50,900 nt of DNA from Octopus bimaculoides (lineage: Eukaryota), in NCBI RefSeq assembly GCF_001194135.2, contig NC_068981.1, forward strand, positions 107,113,042 to 107,163,941, written 5' to 3'. The notes under the pieces were generated by a model. That model searched no databases and was not told the origin of the DNA. It saw only the letters and a list, made by a program, of their open reading frames with translations. How positions within the stretch are numbered: the stretch's first letter is position 1; the number at the start of each line of letters is the position of its first letter. Below are positions 25,844-36,756 of the stretch, one piece after another. A program made the position numbers and the translations under genes.

Positions 25844-26122
25844 TTCTTTCAGTTCCTGCCTACCAAATCCTCTCCCAAGGCTTTGGTTTGTCTGAAGCTA
25901 TAGTAGAAGACACTTGCCTGAGGTGCCATGCAGTAGGTCTGAACCCAAAACCATGTGGTTGGGACACAAACTTCTTATCATACTGAGCCCTACCTTGAAG
26001 ATTTTTAGTCAAACAAATCAACCCCAGAACTTAGTTTTTTAAAAGACTGGTACTTATTCTATTGACCTCTTTCGATAAGCCATTAAGTTATGGTGGTGCG
26101 GGACAAGCACAGACATGAAGTT

Positions 26123-26158
<36 letters not shown>

Positions 26159-26655
26159 GTATATACATACATATATACACACACATACATACATATATAT
26201 ACATACACACAACAAGCTTCTTTCAGTTTCCATCTACCAAATCCACTTGCAAGGCTTTGGTCATTCCAAGGCGATAGCAGAAGATACTAGTATTTATCTA
26301 TCTATCAATTTATACACACACACACACACACACAAATTGTTTCAGTAACTTGACTGTGGCCAAGCTAAGAACCTCTTTGAAAGGTTTTTAGTCAATAAAG
26401 CAATTTATTTCTAAGTGTGGTAATTCTATTGGTGTCATATGCCAAACTGGTAAGTTACAAAGATGTAAACAAACCAACACTCATTGTCAAGAGATGGGCT
26501 TTTTTCACTTTCTGTCTACCAGATCCATTCACAAAGCCTTTGTCAGCCCAGGACAATTGTTGAAGACATCTGCTGAAGGTGCCAAGCACTGAGATTGGAC
26601 TTGGAACCATGTGGCTGGGAAGCAAACTTCTTACAACAGTGAGATTTGCTACCAC
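25844..26655 (-). mobile_element. Tandem cluster of SINE family B elements/fragments with microsatellite spacers
   Basis: Three successive reverse-complement matches to the family B head and 3' module, ending about 40 nt before exon D. Confidence 0.7.
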
Positions 26656-26693
26656 TATTTACCTCTCTTTTAATTCTATTTTATTTATTGCAG

Positions 26694-26811
26694 GACTCCA
26701 ACTATGGCAGGTGGACTGTTTGCCATTGAAAGGGACTATTTCTATGAAATTGGTTCCTATGATGAAGGAATGGATATCTGGGGTGGTGAAAATTTGGAGA
26801 TGTCATTCCGA
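26694..26811 (+). CDS. GALNT1: GalNAc-T exon D (118 nt): (K)[39 protein letters not shown]
   Basis: Acceptor ttatttattgcag, donor GTAAGT at 26812; Gal/GalNAc-T motif DIWGGENLE; phase 2/0. Confidence 0.97.
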
Positions 26812-26869
26812 GTAAGTGATCTTTGTATTGTCATCATGTGTTGACTTAGTTTTTTTTTCTTATTTATTC

Positions 26870-27290
26870 AGAAGAGAGGCAGCACTCATTACCTCTGCAA
26901 GCCTTCTCAGTATTTAATCTAAACTTCAGTTTTGAACATGAAGAGAACTCCAGAAGGATGCATCCAGCAGGGGAAGGATTGCAAGAAAATATTTAGAGTA
27001 GGGGTTGTGTAGTGTGACAGACATTTATGGCTTACAAGAGAAAGGAAAGCATGTGCATCATATCGGCTACTAAGTCAGAGAAGCAGCAGCTGTCGTAATA
27101 GCAATAGAAAAGGGGACTTAGTAGTTGTAGTACATGGGTGGGTCTTTACAAGTCAGCTGGATGATTTTTTTTTAGATACAGTCAAAGATGTTTGTGAATA
27201 ACAGTAGTAATGCAGTTGATATTCTAACATAGAGACAGAGCACCTAGTAAATTAAAAAGAGTTACTGAGAGTAAAATGCACTTAACAGTT
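26870..27290 (-). mobile_element. Old L2/Crack/Jockey-type LINE ORF2 C-terminal remnant
   Basis: Minus-strand translation gives SPLFYCYYDSCCFSDLV and ...QSFP...FWSSL, resembling the LSLFYRYY.G.CSSEL and SFFPRT..LWNSLP motifs of such LINEs (from recall). Confidence 0.5.
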
Positions 27291-27306
27291 AATAATTTTA
27301 AATATA

Positions 27307-28176
27307 CATGGTTTGATCAATAAGTATCCGGACTCGCCATAGTAACAAAGCTAAAGCACACAGAGTGAAGCCATTTGGCACAGATTAACCTTGAACTCTG
27401 CTGTGTATCTGCACTAAATTGTAACATTCTAGCTCACTTCTACTGTTTACAGTAATGCTTGAAAGGAACATGTGTAGTGTGTGATCATCACATTGACCAT
27501 GACTGAAAGTTGAGCAGAGAATCTGCATCAAATTTTTCCAAAAGCTTGGCAATACCTGCTCAGAGGCCTACACAAAGTTTTCAAAAAGTTTTCATCTTTC
27601 TTGACACAATCAAGGAGATCTTGTGCAATTGAAACCCAGGTGTCTTTTTGGTCAGCTGAAAGCAGTTTTGGTACAAATTTGGCAGACACACATCTCATAC
27701 CCAACTCTTCAGTGATAACGGACTGAACTGAACCGTAACTGATCTGCATATCCTATGATAACCTATGGATGGTGATTCAACGATTTCCCTCACAGCGGCA
27801 TGCACATCTGCAATGTTTTCCTCAGTTCTACTGGTTATGGGTCGCCCAGAACGTTTGTCAGTATCAACATTTTTTCGGCCATCTTGGAAACTTCTGAACC
27901 ACTCGTAAACTTGTGTGCAACTCATACACTCCTGTCCATACACTTTCTGCTACTTTGCAGGTATCACCATGATAACTTTCTTTGTCATGGTCAATGTGAC
28001 AATCACATGCTACATACCTCCCTTCCAAACACTGCTGTAAACAGCAGAAGTAAGCTAGAATGTTAACACTTAATGTGCATGCATGGCAGAATTCAATCTG
28101 TGTCAAGCAGCTTCACTCTGTGTGCTTTAGCTTCATTACTATGGCAACAGTCCAAATACTTATTGATCAGACCTCA
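27307..28176 (-). mobile_element. Mariner derivative made of two 5' ends (long inverted arms); truncated transposase on minus strand
   Basis: TA-flanked ends CATGGTTTGATCAATAAGTAT / ATACTTATTGATCAGACCTCA. About 210 bp of inverted similarity includes the ATG on each arm. Minus frames read QVYEWFRSFQDGRKNVDTDKRSGRP and VSAKFVPKLLSADQK...ENFLKT. Confidence 0.85.
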
Positions 28177-28294
28177 TAGCTACGTAGATTTCAGCAGTTA
28201 AAACATGTAACTGATAGAATCTGTATGCTCACATGCACTTGTGCACACGCACTCATGAACACAGTTCTCAACCTCTAAATCAAGTCAGGGATCT

Positions 28295-28740
28295 ATAGAA
28301 CCATTGTTTTGCCAACTTTGCAGTGTGCCTGTGAAATATGGATTGTTTACAGCTGGCATGCCAAAAGGCTTCATGAAGTGCCAACACAAATTGCTGTACA
28401 TTGTCAGCAGGACAAGGTTCTAGATATTGAGGTCCTCAATCACATGGTGTTGCTCAACAGCCACACATTCCTATGTGAATCCCTGCTGTACTGGTTCAGT
28501 CATATTGCATAATGGATAACAATCAAATTCTCAACATCTTTTGTACAGCTAGATGGTTGAAAATAAATGTTCAGTTGATGGGCAGGGCACATGCTACAAT
28601 ATTCTTAAGGCATTCATAAAAGACTTCAGCATTAATCCTGAATCATGAGAGAATCTTGCGGCTGAGGAATATACTGTGGAGTTTCATAAGAAAAGTATGT
28701 GGACAAGTGAAATGATAAATTGAGATAATTCAGAGCCACC
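28295..28740 (+). mobile_element. Old RTE-BovB-like LINE ORF2 C-terminal remnant
   Basis: LPTLQCACEIWIVYSWHAKRL...QDKVLDIEVL...YWFSHIA then ...LKAFIKDFSINPES*ENLAA, resembling the BovB-type LPTLLYACETWTVY..HA..L / WQDKIPDTEVL / LKDFSI.PESWE.LA pattern (from recall). Confidence 0.65.
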
Positions 28741-28955
28741 TGCACACTCTTTTGTCCTGAAAGCCTGGAAAGTGTCATGGACCTGTCCTTCATCTGATAA
28801 AGCCATAATTAAAAAATGAATGTACTATACAAATATATGTTATATAAGCAAAAAGTAACAGATAACCAGACAATTATTTGTTGTTTATTAATTTAAAATA
28901 TACTTTGCTAGTCTATAGAAAACACTAACAACCTCATGTGAGAAATTTTACAGTA

Positions 28956-30051
28956 TGAGGGAGTACCCAAAAGTGGCTGGAGTTTTGCATTATTTTATTC
29001 ACTTAGTTTTACAGGTTTACACTTTTATTGCCTTCAAAGTATTTTCCATAGAAGCAATACATCAGCCAAGATGCATTTCCCACTGTCCAAAGCAGTCTGG
29101 AAACTCTTGTGATACCATTTCATGTCTCCATTTTTTTCTTCACCTCTTCCACATCTGCAAATTCCATAGCACCAGCTTTCATCACCAGTGATGACCTTCA
29201 AATAAGGTTCGGATCAACTTCCAACTGTTCTTTCAGTTCACAACATGCTTTTGATCTTCCAGTCATGACTGCTTTTGATCTTCCATGAGCAAGCGAGGCA
29301 CAAATTTTGCTGCAATTCTTTTCATTCACAATTCCTCACTCAAAATTTGTTGGCAAAAGCTCCAGGACACACCAGTCATAACAACAAGTTTGTCAGTTGT
29401 TCAGTGACAGTCCGCTAAGATCAGTTCATGAGCTTTCATGATGTTTTCATGCATTTGGGAGGTTGACAGCTGCACTGAACAAAATTGGTCTTCAAGCAAC
29501 AAGTGATCATTCCTTGTGTTTTGCTCATGGCAGAGTCCTTGTTAGCAGTTTGAAGCATAACAACTGTTTTGGCTGCCGTTTTCCCCAGCAGAAAACAGGA
29601 TTTCACAGAAACCTGTTGTTCCTTCAATTCACCTATCACAAAAATCAATGAACAGGGGAGAAGCACCACGACATGGTGTTATGACCTTACTGGACAATGC
29701 CAGTCAGTACTGATGTCTTGAGGGTTGCATGAAGTGGCTTCTAGTTGTGGAAGCCTGAACTACAATGGTCTTGTCTTACAGAGAATGTTTCTTATTTCTT
29801 TACTGCCCACAAGGGGCTACACACAGAGGGGACAAACAAATTGAGTCGATTATGTCGACCCCAGTGCGTAACTGGTACTTATTTAATCGACGCCCCCAAA
29901 AGGATGAAAGGCAAAGTCGACTTCGGCGGAATTTGAACTCAGAACGTAAAGACAGACGAAATACTGCTAAGCATTTCACTCAGCATGCTAACGTTTCTGC
30001 CGGCTCGCCACCTTCAGAGAATGTTTCTGGTTACTTTTGGGTACCCCCTTG
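28956..30051 (-). mobile_element. Internally deleted mariner with a SINE inserted near its 5' end
   Basis: TA-flanked TIRs TGAGGGAGTACCCAAAAGT / ACTTTTGGGTACCCCCTTG. Minus strand reads ELKEQQVSVKSCFLLGKTAAKTVVMLQTA...VITGDESWCYG, then jumps to the C-terminal FADVEEVKKK...KYFEG. Confidence 0.85.
29793..30014 (-). mobile_element. SINE family A, full length, 14-bp TSD
   Basis: Perfect TSD CAGAGAATGTTTCT at 29779-29792 and 30015-30028. Confidence 0.92.
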
Positions 30052-30113
30052 TATATCTGTGTTGAAAGTTTAGAAATTTGTGGTTGTCGACCTTTATGTA
30101 TAAATAATACAGC

Positions 30114-32145
30114 TGTCATGCAAAGGCAAAGGTGATGCATTAGCTACAAATAATTAAAGAGGTATCAAATTGTTGGATCAGGTGATGAAAGTCACGGAGA
30201 TGGTCATAGCCCAACTAATTACAGAGAGAGTTAGTTTAGACGAGATACAGTTTAGGTTTGTGCCAGGGAGAAGCACCACTGATGCTATATTTCTGGTAAG
30301 ACAGCTGCAGGAGAAATATCTAGCCAAAGATAAACCTCTATACTTGGCTTTCGTTGACATGGGGAAAGCCTTTGATAGGGTCCCCCAACTCCTTATCTGG
30401 TGGTCAATGTGGAAACTACGGATAGATGAGGGGTTAGTGAGAGCTGTACAGGCCATGTACAGGGATGCTGTCAATAAGGTGATGGTTGGCAACGAGTATA
30501 GTGAAGAATTCCGGGTAGGGATCCACCAAAAATCAGTCCTCAACCATAGTCCTCCAGGCAATAACAGAGGAATTCAAGACAGGATGCCCCTGAGAGCTCC
30601 TCTATGCTGATGACCTTGCTCTAATAGCTGCCCTGAACAAGGTTGGTCTTCAAGCAACACATGATCATTCCTTGTGTTTTCTCATGGCAGCATCCTTGTA
30701 AGCAGTTTGAAGCATGACAACTGTTTTGGCTGCCGTTTTTCTTCACTATCAAAACTAGAGAAGTTTCATGTGTGGAAGCAAGGTCTAGAATCGAAGAGCT
30801 TTAGAGTCAATCTGGCAAAAACCAAAGTCTTAGTAAGTAGGAAGGCAGACAAATCACAAATCCCTTCTGGATCTGTAGGAAAGGCATAGGTAGAAACTCT
30901 ATAAGATGTACCTGGTGTAAGCTATGGATACATAAGACGTGCAGCAATATCAAAGGAAGGCTTACTGGGAAGATAGTTTTTGTGTGTGGCGGATGCACAG
31001 GGGCAATAAACACTAAAAACGTACAGAAAACAACTTCTGTCACATGCTAGGGTAAAAAACTAGAAGTAGTTGATAGCTTCCATTACCTAGGTGACCAAGT
31101 CAGTCACGGGGGTGGTTGCTCTGAGAGTGTAGCTGCTAGAATAAGAATAGCCTGGGCAAAGTTCAGAGAGCTCCTACCTCTACTGGTGACAAAAGGCCTC
31201 TTGCTTAGAGTGAAAGGTAGACTGTATGATGCATGTATGCAAACTGCCATACTACACGGCAGTGAAACATGGGCTGTGGCTGCTGAGGACATGTGTGCAA
31301 GAAATGAAGCTAGTATGCTCTGCAGGATGGGTAATGTCAGTGTGCATACACGACAGAGTGTAAGCACCCTGTGAGAAATGTTGGACATAAAAAGCATCAG
31401 GTGTGGTGAGCAAGAGAGACAACTGCTCTGCTATGGTCAGGTATTTTGTATGGATGAGGACAGCTGTGTGGAAACATGTGACACCCTAACAGTGGAGGGA
31501 ATCTGTGGAAGAAGTAGACCCAGGAAGACCTGGGATGAGGTGGTGAAGCATGACCTTCGAACATTGGGCCTCATGGAGGCAATGACAAGTGACCGAGACC
31601 TTTGGAGATATACTGTGCTTGAGAAGAATCTGCAAGCCAAGTGAGACCATAACTGCAGCGTATGCCAGTGTCGCATAACCGGCCCATTTAAGAGTATTCT
31701 TCAATAACTGGGCAATAAACTGTGCTTGAGAAGACTTGTTGAGTCGAGTGAAGTTAATATCATGGCTGATACCAGTACTGCCTGACTGACACCTGTGCCA
31801 GTGGCACGTAAAAAGCACCATTTGAGCATGGTCAATGGCAGTCCCACCAGACTGGTTCTTGTGTTGGTGACACGTAAAAAGCACTACACAAATGTGGTCA
31901 ATGCTAATGCCACCTGACTGGTGGCATGTAAAAAGCACCATTCAAGCATAGTTGTTGCCAGTGCCGGTGGCACATACAAAGCACCCACTACACTCTCGGA
32001 GTGGTTGGCATTAGGAAGGGCATCCAGCTGTAGAAACCTTACCAGATCAGATTAGAGCCTTGTGCAGCCTCCTGGCTTGCCAGTCCTCAGCCAAACCATC
32101 CAACCCATGCCAGCATGGAAAGCAGACATTAAACGATAATGATGA
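30114..32145 (+). mobile_element. 5'-truncated RTE-clade LINE (reverse transcriptase pseudogene + 3'UTR + GAT tail)
   Basis: QFRFVPGRSTTDAIFLVRQLQEK, FVDMGKAFDRVP, YADDLAL and YLGDQ RT motifs; 3' end aacccatgccagcatggaaagcagacattaaacgataatgatga. Confidence 0.93.
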
Positions 32146-32511
32146 AGTCATAGCCTTGACTCTTCATAAACTAGGGCTTTTTTTTTTCTAATTCTCTACT
32201 TAATTAAACTATGAACCAAACACTACATTGTACTCCATCTAAATATCAATAATGCATGGGAATCTCTCCCCATCAGACTTTAGTTATGTAATTTCCTAAT
32301 TTCACATTAATTTTATCAGTATCACTCCTCCCCTCCAGTATAGCTCTGTGTAGTGTGGTTCTTCACACACTGCAATTAAGTCAATATTGTGTCAATGAGA
32401 AGAAGAATTAACAGAATATCTACAAGCTCACTGAGGGGTTGTTATTCAATTGTCAACTGCTCTATTCTTTTGTGATATCATTTGAACTTAAATTTCTTGC
32501 ATTTTTTTTAG

Positions 32512-32692
32512 ATTTGGATGTGTGGTGGGCAAATATTTATTGTCACTTGCTCCAGAGTTGGGCATGTATTCAGGAAGACCTCACCTTATTCTTGGCCTGG
32601 TGGTGTAGCACGTATTATTAACCACAATACAATGCGAATTGTAGAAGTTTGGATGGATGAATACAAAGAATTTTTCTATAAAATAAATCCTG
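32512..32692 (+). CDS. GALNT1: GalNAc-T exon E (181 nt): [60 protein letters not shown](G)
   Basis: Acceptor atttttttag, donor GTAATG at 32693; VGHVFRK, flexible loop and EVWMDE motifs; phase 0/1. Confidence 0.97.
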
Positions 32693-33899
32693 GTAATGTA
32701 CAAATTTTTCTAGATAATTTTTTGTGTCATTTCCTCAAATATTTTGGGGGTCATTGCATAGAGAAAAAGTAAAATACTTATGCTGTAAATACGGTAGATT
32801 TCATATTTGTGTCATCATGCATGATTATTTTTTTTGCATTGACTTGGTCACTGGAGAAGCAGTTCTAAAGTCAACAGCTAGTTTTTAAAAAATAGATAAG
32901 CAGTTAATGATAAAGCAGGATAGACTTTTGTTTCCTTTAAATATAGTGACTACTAATACACCTCTTGTTTTCTATTATCTACAGAATGTCTTCTTTGAAA
33001 GTCACTCTTATAATTACTAATATTCCTCATAAGTTATGGATTTCTGCTGTGAAGTTTGAAGAGTGATTTTATATCTTTAAAATCATATTTTTAAACATTT
33101 AGTAATAGATCATTATAAATTTGTTGTCTTTCAATTGAAAGTGCCTCCTCTGATCAAAGATTGCCCAAAGTTCTTCAAGAGCAAGAAGTACATTACTTTA
33201 AATAGCAATAACTGAAAAGTTGAGAAGTATTTGTTGGTAAATATTTACCAAAGTAACTCAACCCACAAACCAACAAAAAAATCCCAGGCATTCAAAAAAA
33301 AAAAAAACAGGAAAATTGTGTTGGTAATTTGATAATATTATTGCACAACTGAAATAAAATAGATTACAAATACAGTATGTAATTGCATGGATAGAAACCT
33401 TACACAGTGTGGAAACCTCTCAAAACATATGAAATGTTTTTGAAAAATTTTAAAGTTGACACTTTTATGTTGTCTGTAATAGAAAAGGCTCAAGCATTTA
33501 CATGTAAAACAAAGCTAAGAGATCGCTCTCCAAATGTTTATTTGCTTTGTATAAAGTTAGAATCTTCATATTTTTTTCTCATTTGCTTTTGTTTATTCCT
33601 TTGTTATTTTATAATCCTGTTAATGCCCTTTCTAAATACTTCATATTTCTCATTGAGTTGCTATGTATTGCTCACAAAATTTATTTTCATTGTGTTCTTC
33701 CCACATAAAAATCTCCATTCCTATTAAACCAAATGGTTGAAGTTTGGTAGTATGAATGAATACATTCCTAAGAATGCAGAATTTTACTTATGTTACACAC
33801 ATACACACACACACACACACTGTAATGTAATAAATATATAGCCTGCTATGTTTTGTGATAGAAGGCACTAGTGGGAAAAACTCGCCATGTTGTACTGAT

Positions 33900-34110
33900 G
33901 AACTTTGCACTTTTTTCTTCTCTGTTTTTTTTCATACTCTCTTCATTTTTTTCCTCTTAATCCTTTCTGTTGAAGAGCATAGGCTCAAAATGTAAAAGAC
34001 TTTTCCATTTTTCCCGAGCATTAAACTAATACACCTACTTACTGTTCTTACACCTGTCTTCGTCTTTTGTTTTCTGTAAATTTGAACTATATATATATGT
34101 TTGCTGAGTC
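33900..34110 (+). repeat. Possible Penelope-like terminal repeat remnant
   Basis: Contains a hammerhead-like GAAGAGC-ATAG-GCTC-AAAATGT motif (see findings); classification is inference only. Confidence 0.3.
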
Positions 34111-34169
34111 AAAACAGGAGGAATAGAACTCAATATGTAAATGGAAATATTTTTTTTTATTGGTTGAAA

Positions 34170-34548
34170 GCTACATGAGTGACTCATGGGGCCAAAAGTT
34201 TCATGCGTTGCACTTACCCTATTTGATAAGTGCAATGCAAAGAATTTTTAACCTTTGATTTATGTAACTTTACATTATATTCTGCAAAGCGTGCACTTAC
34301 CAGTACATTCTGCAAAGTGTGGACTCTTTAATCTTGTCAAGTGCATGGCACCTCTTTAATGATGGTGGCACAAAAGAAAGCACTCAATACAGTCTGTAAA
34401 GTGGTTGATTTAGGAAGAGCATCTAGGCACAAGCCAAGCCAAAATGAAATGCAAGTTAGATGAGTTCTCCACTCCTATCCATTTAGGTGATCAGACCAAT
34501 TCAACCTATCCTAGCATGGACATTGGATTTAAGTCGATGATGATGTGT
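34170..34548 (+). mobile_element. Degenerate SINE-like element ending in an RTE-type tail
   Basis: Ends ...aacctatcctagcatggacattggatttaagtcgatgatgatg, matching the RTE 3' end. Confidence 0.5.
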
Positions 34549-36756
34549 GTAAAGTTAGTGTAGCTTCAATCTCTCTCTCTCTCTTTTCTCTCACTCACAC
34601 ACACACATCGTTTTTTATAATTTGTGTTCTCTTGTTTGTCTATAAATATCCTTCCAATTTTTGTGTCCATTTTATTCATTCTTTTCTGTTTTTTATTTGA
34701 TAGTTTATGCCTATGTTTTGTTTTCTTATTACTTGTTCTTTGGCTTCTGTAGGCCCTTATAGGTTAGTGAGATTTCTATTCATCAACCACTTTATCATCA
34801 TCATTATCAATTTTTCTAGAGTTGCATGAATTGGATAGTTTTAATAAATTTGAATATGTTGGAGTGATTTTTATAGTTCAAAGCTCTTTCTATCAATTAT
34901 TTCTCAACTATGAAGTAAAAGTATAACCTGTTTATCAGCCGAGCAGGCTGGAACTGGCTTAGTCACAGCACAATTATACTTCAAAGTATTTTGCTACTTT
35001 CACTCCATGTTAGATACATTATTTGGATTCTGTTATCCTTTCTCATAATAAAATATTTACACTTAATTCACTGCCTGCAGTCTTTTTCAGTGACCCAGAT
35101 ATATATTTAACATTGTTCTTATGTAGCCTTCTCTCATTAACTAGTCTTCGTTACATCAGTGTCCTATTTAAAATGTTTTTTGATTTTATTCCTCTCTCTC
35201 AATTTCCATTTATAATTATGTCCAAGTACCCCACACTGTCATTAAAATGCTCCAGAAAACCATTTCTAAATGCAAATAATTTCTCATGCCTTGTACTGAA
35301 CAGTGAAATGGGAATGGAACATGTTTGACAAACATATAATTGAAGTTATGTATATGCTTTGATGAGGGACAGTTGTCGTTATCATATTCTTCTTTTTCAT
35401 GTCATGATCAATGAATCAACACCTTAATTCCTCTACAAGCAATTTTACCCAGTAAAATCATTAAGAGAGGTCAGTGTTGATGTCTCAGACTGCTAGTAGA
35501 AATCCAAATATTTATATTTCCATTTATTCTACTGTTTCTTCTTATTGCTACTACTTATGCTCTTTTCTTTCATACTGTTGATTTTGCTGCAACCTATTTA
35601 CATGGCTTCTCTTATTTATACTGCTTCTTACATTATTTCCTGTTTGCATTTGCTTCAACAATTTTTTATTTGTAAATATAATTTACAAATATTACTGCTT
35701 TTCCTTTTGTTTTTTTGATTCCTACATATTCTGCTTCTTCTATTGTTTTCCAATATATATTTACTGACTGATTCTTTTCTAACCTACTTCTACTGATGTA
35801 TAATTCTTATATTGTCTTTTCCTTTTTTAATTTCCAATGCTAATTTCTGTTTATATTGACTGATACTTCTTATTTATATTGATACTCACTTCTTTAGATC
35901 ATGCTAAACATAGTGTTTCATGCTTATGTTGCTTCTACTGTATCTTATATTGGATTGTCATACAATACAATTATTTATATTAGTTGTTTTGCAGAAGAAG
36001 AACATAAGCCATTGACATTAGAGGTTATCTGAGGTTCAGTTTAAACTTTTGTTGAGAAAAGAAGGATGATGCAATGGTGGAGTAATTCTGATGGAGGAAA
36101 GATTTAACGAAGTTGTTTAGTTTGGGGTCATGGGGAGGTAGAATGTGACAGTAAGAGTGATTAGAAAAGAAGAAATAGAGATTTAGTAGATTTTCTTGCA
36201 AGTGTCTTGCATTTGACATCTTCATAGGAACAGGTACTATTATGATCATTCTATTTGTATATCATTGCATGTTGTACATACTCGTTTATAATGTCTCTTT
36301 ATGCAGTTTTTGTCCCATTTCCTACATATGTTACAAATTAACTATTGACTGTAATATGTAGAAATGTCATTTCAGTTTGTAAGTTCTTTTGACATGGTCT
36401 ATGATAAACTTGACATCTTTTTCCACCATGCACAACACTGTCTGTCCTCCCTCCTCCCTTCTCTCATTAAAATGTCCGGTTGATTTAAGAAAATCATTTT
36501 TTTTTAGTTCAAGTTCTGCTGTTGATAAAAAAAAAAAGTATTGGTATGTGTGCATGCATATGCATTTGGGCAAAAGCTATATCCAAGGAAAATTGCTTTG
36601 ACAGTTGATAACTGCAGGTCTTCTGCAATGGAACAATTTCCATAAGCTAGTAAAAGCAATGAATTAAACCTGAGAGTATAAGAAATATTTTAAAGAGTCT
36701 TTGTTAAATTAGAAATGCTCAACTGAGGAGGATAATTAAAAAAATAAAACAGCTAA

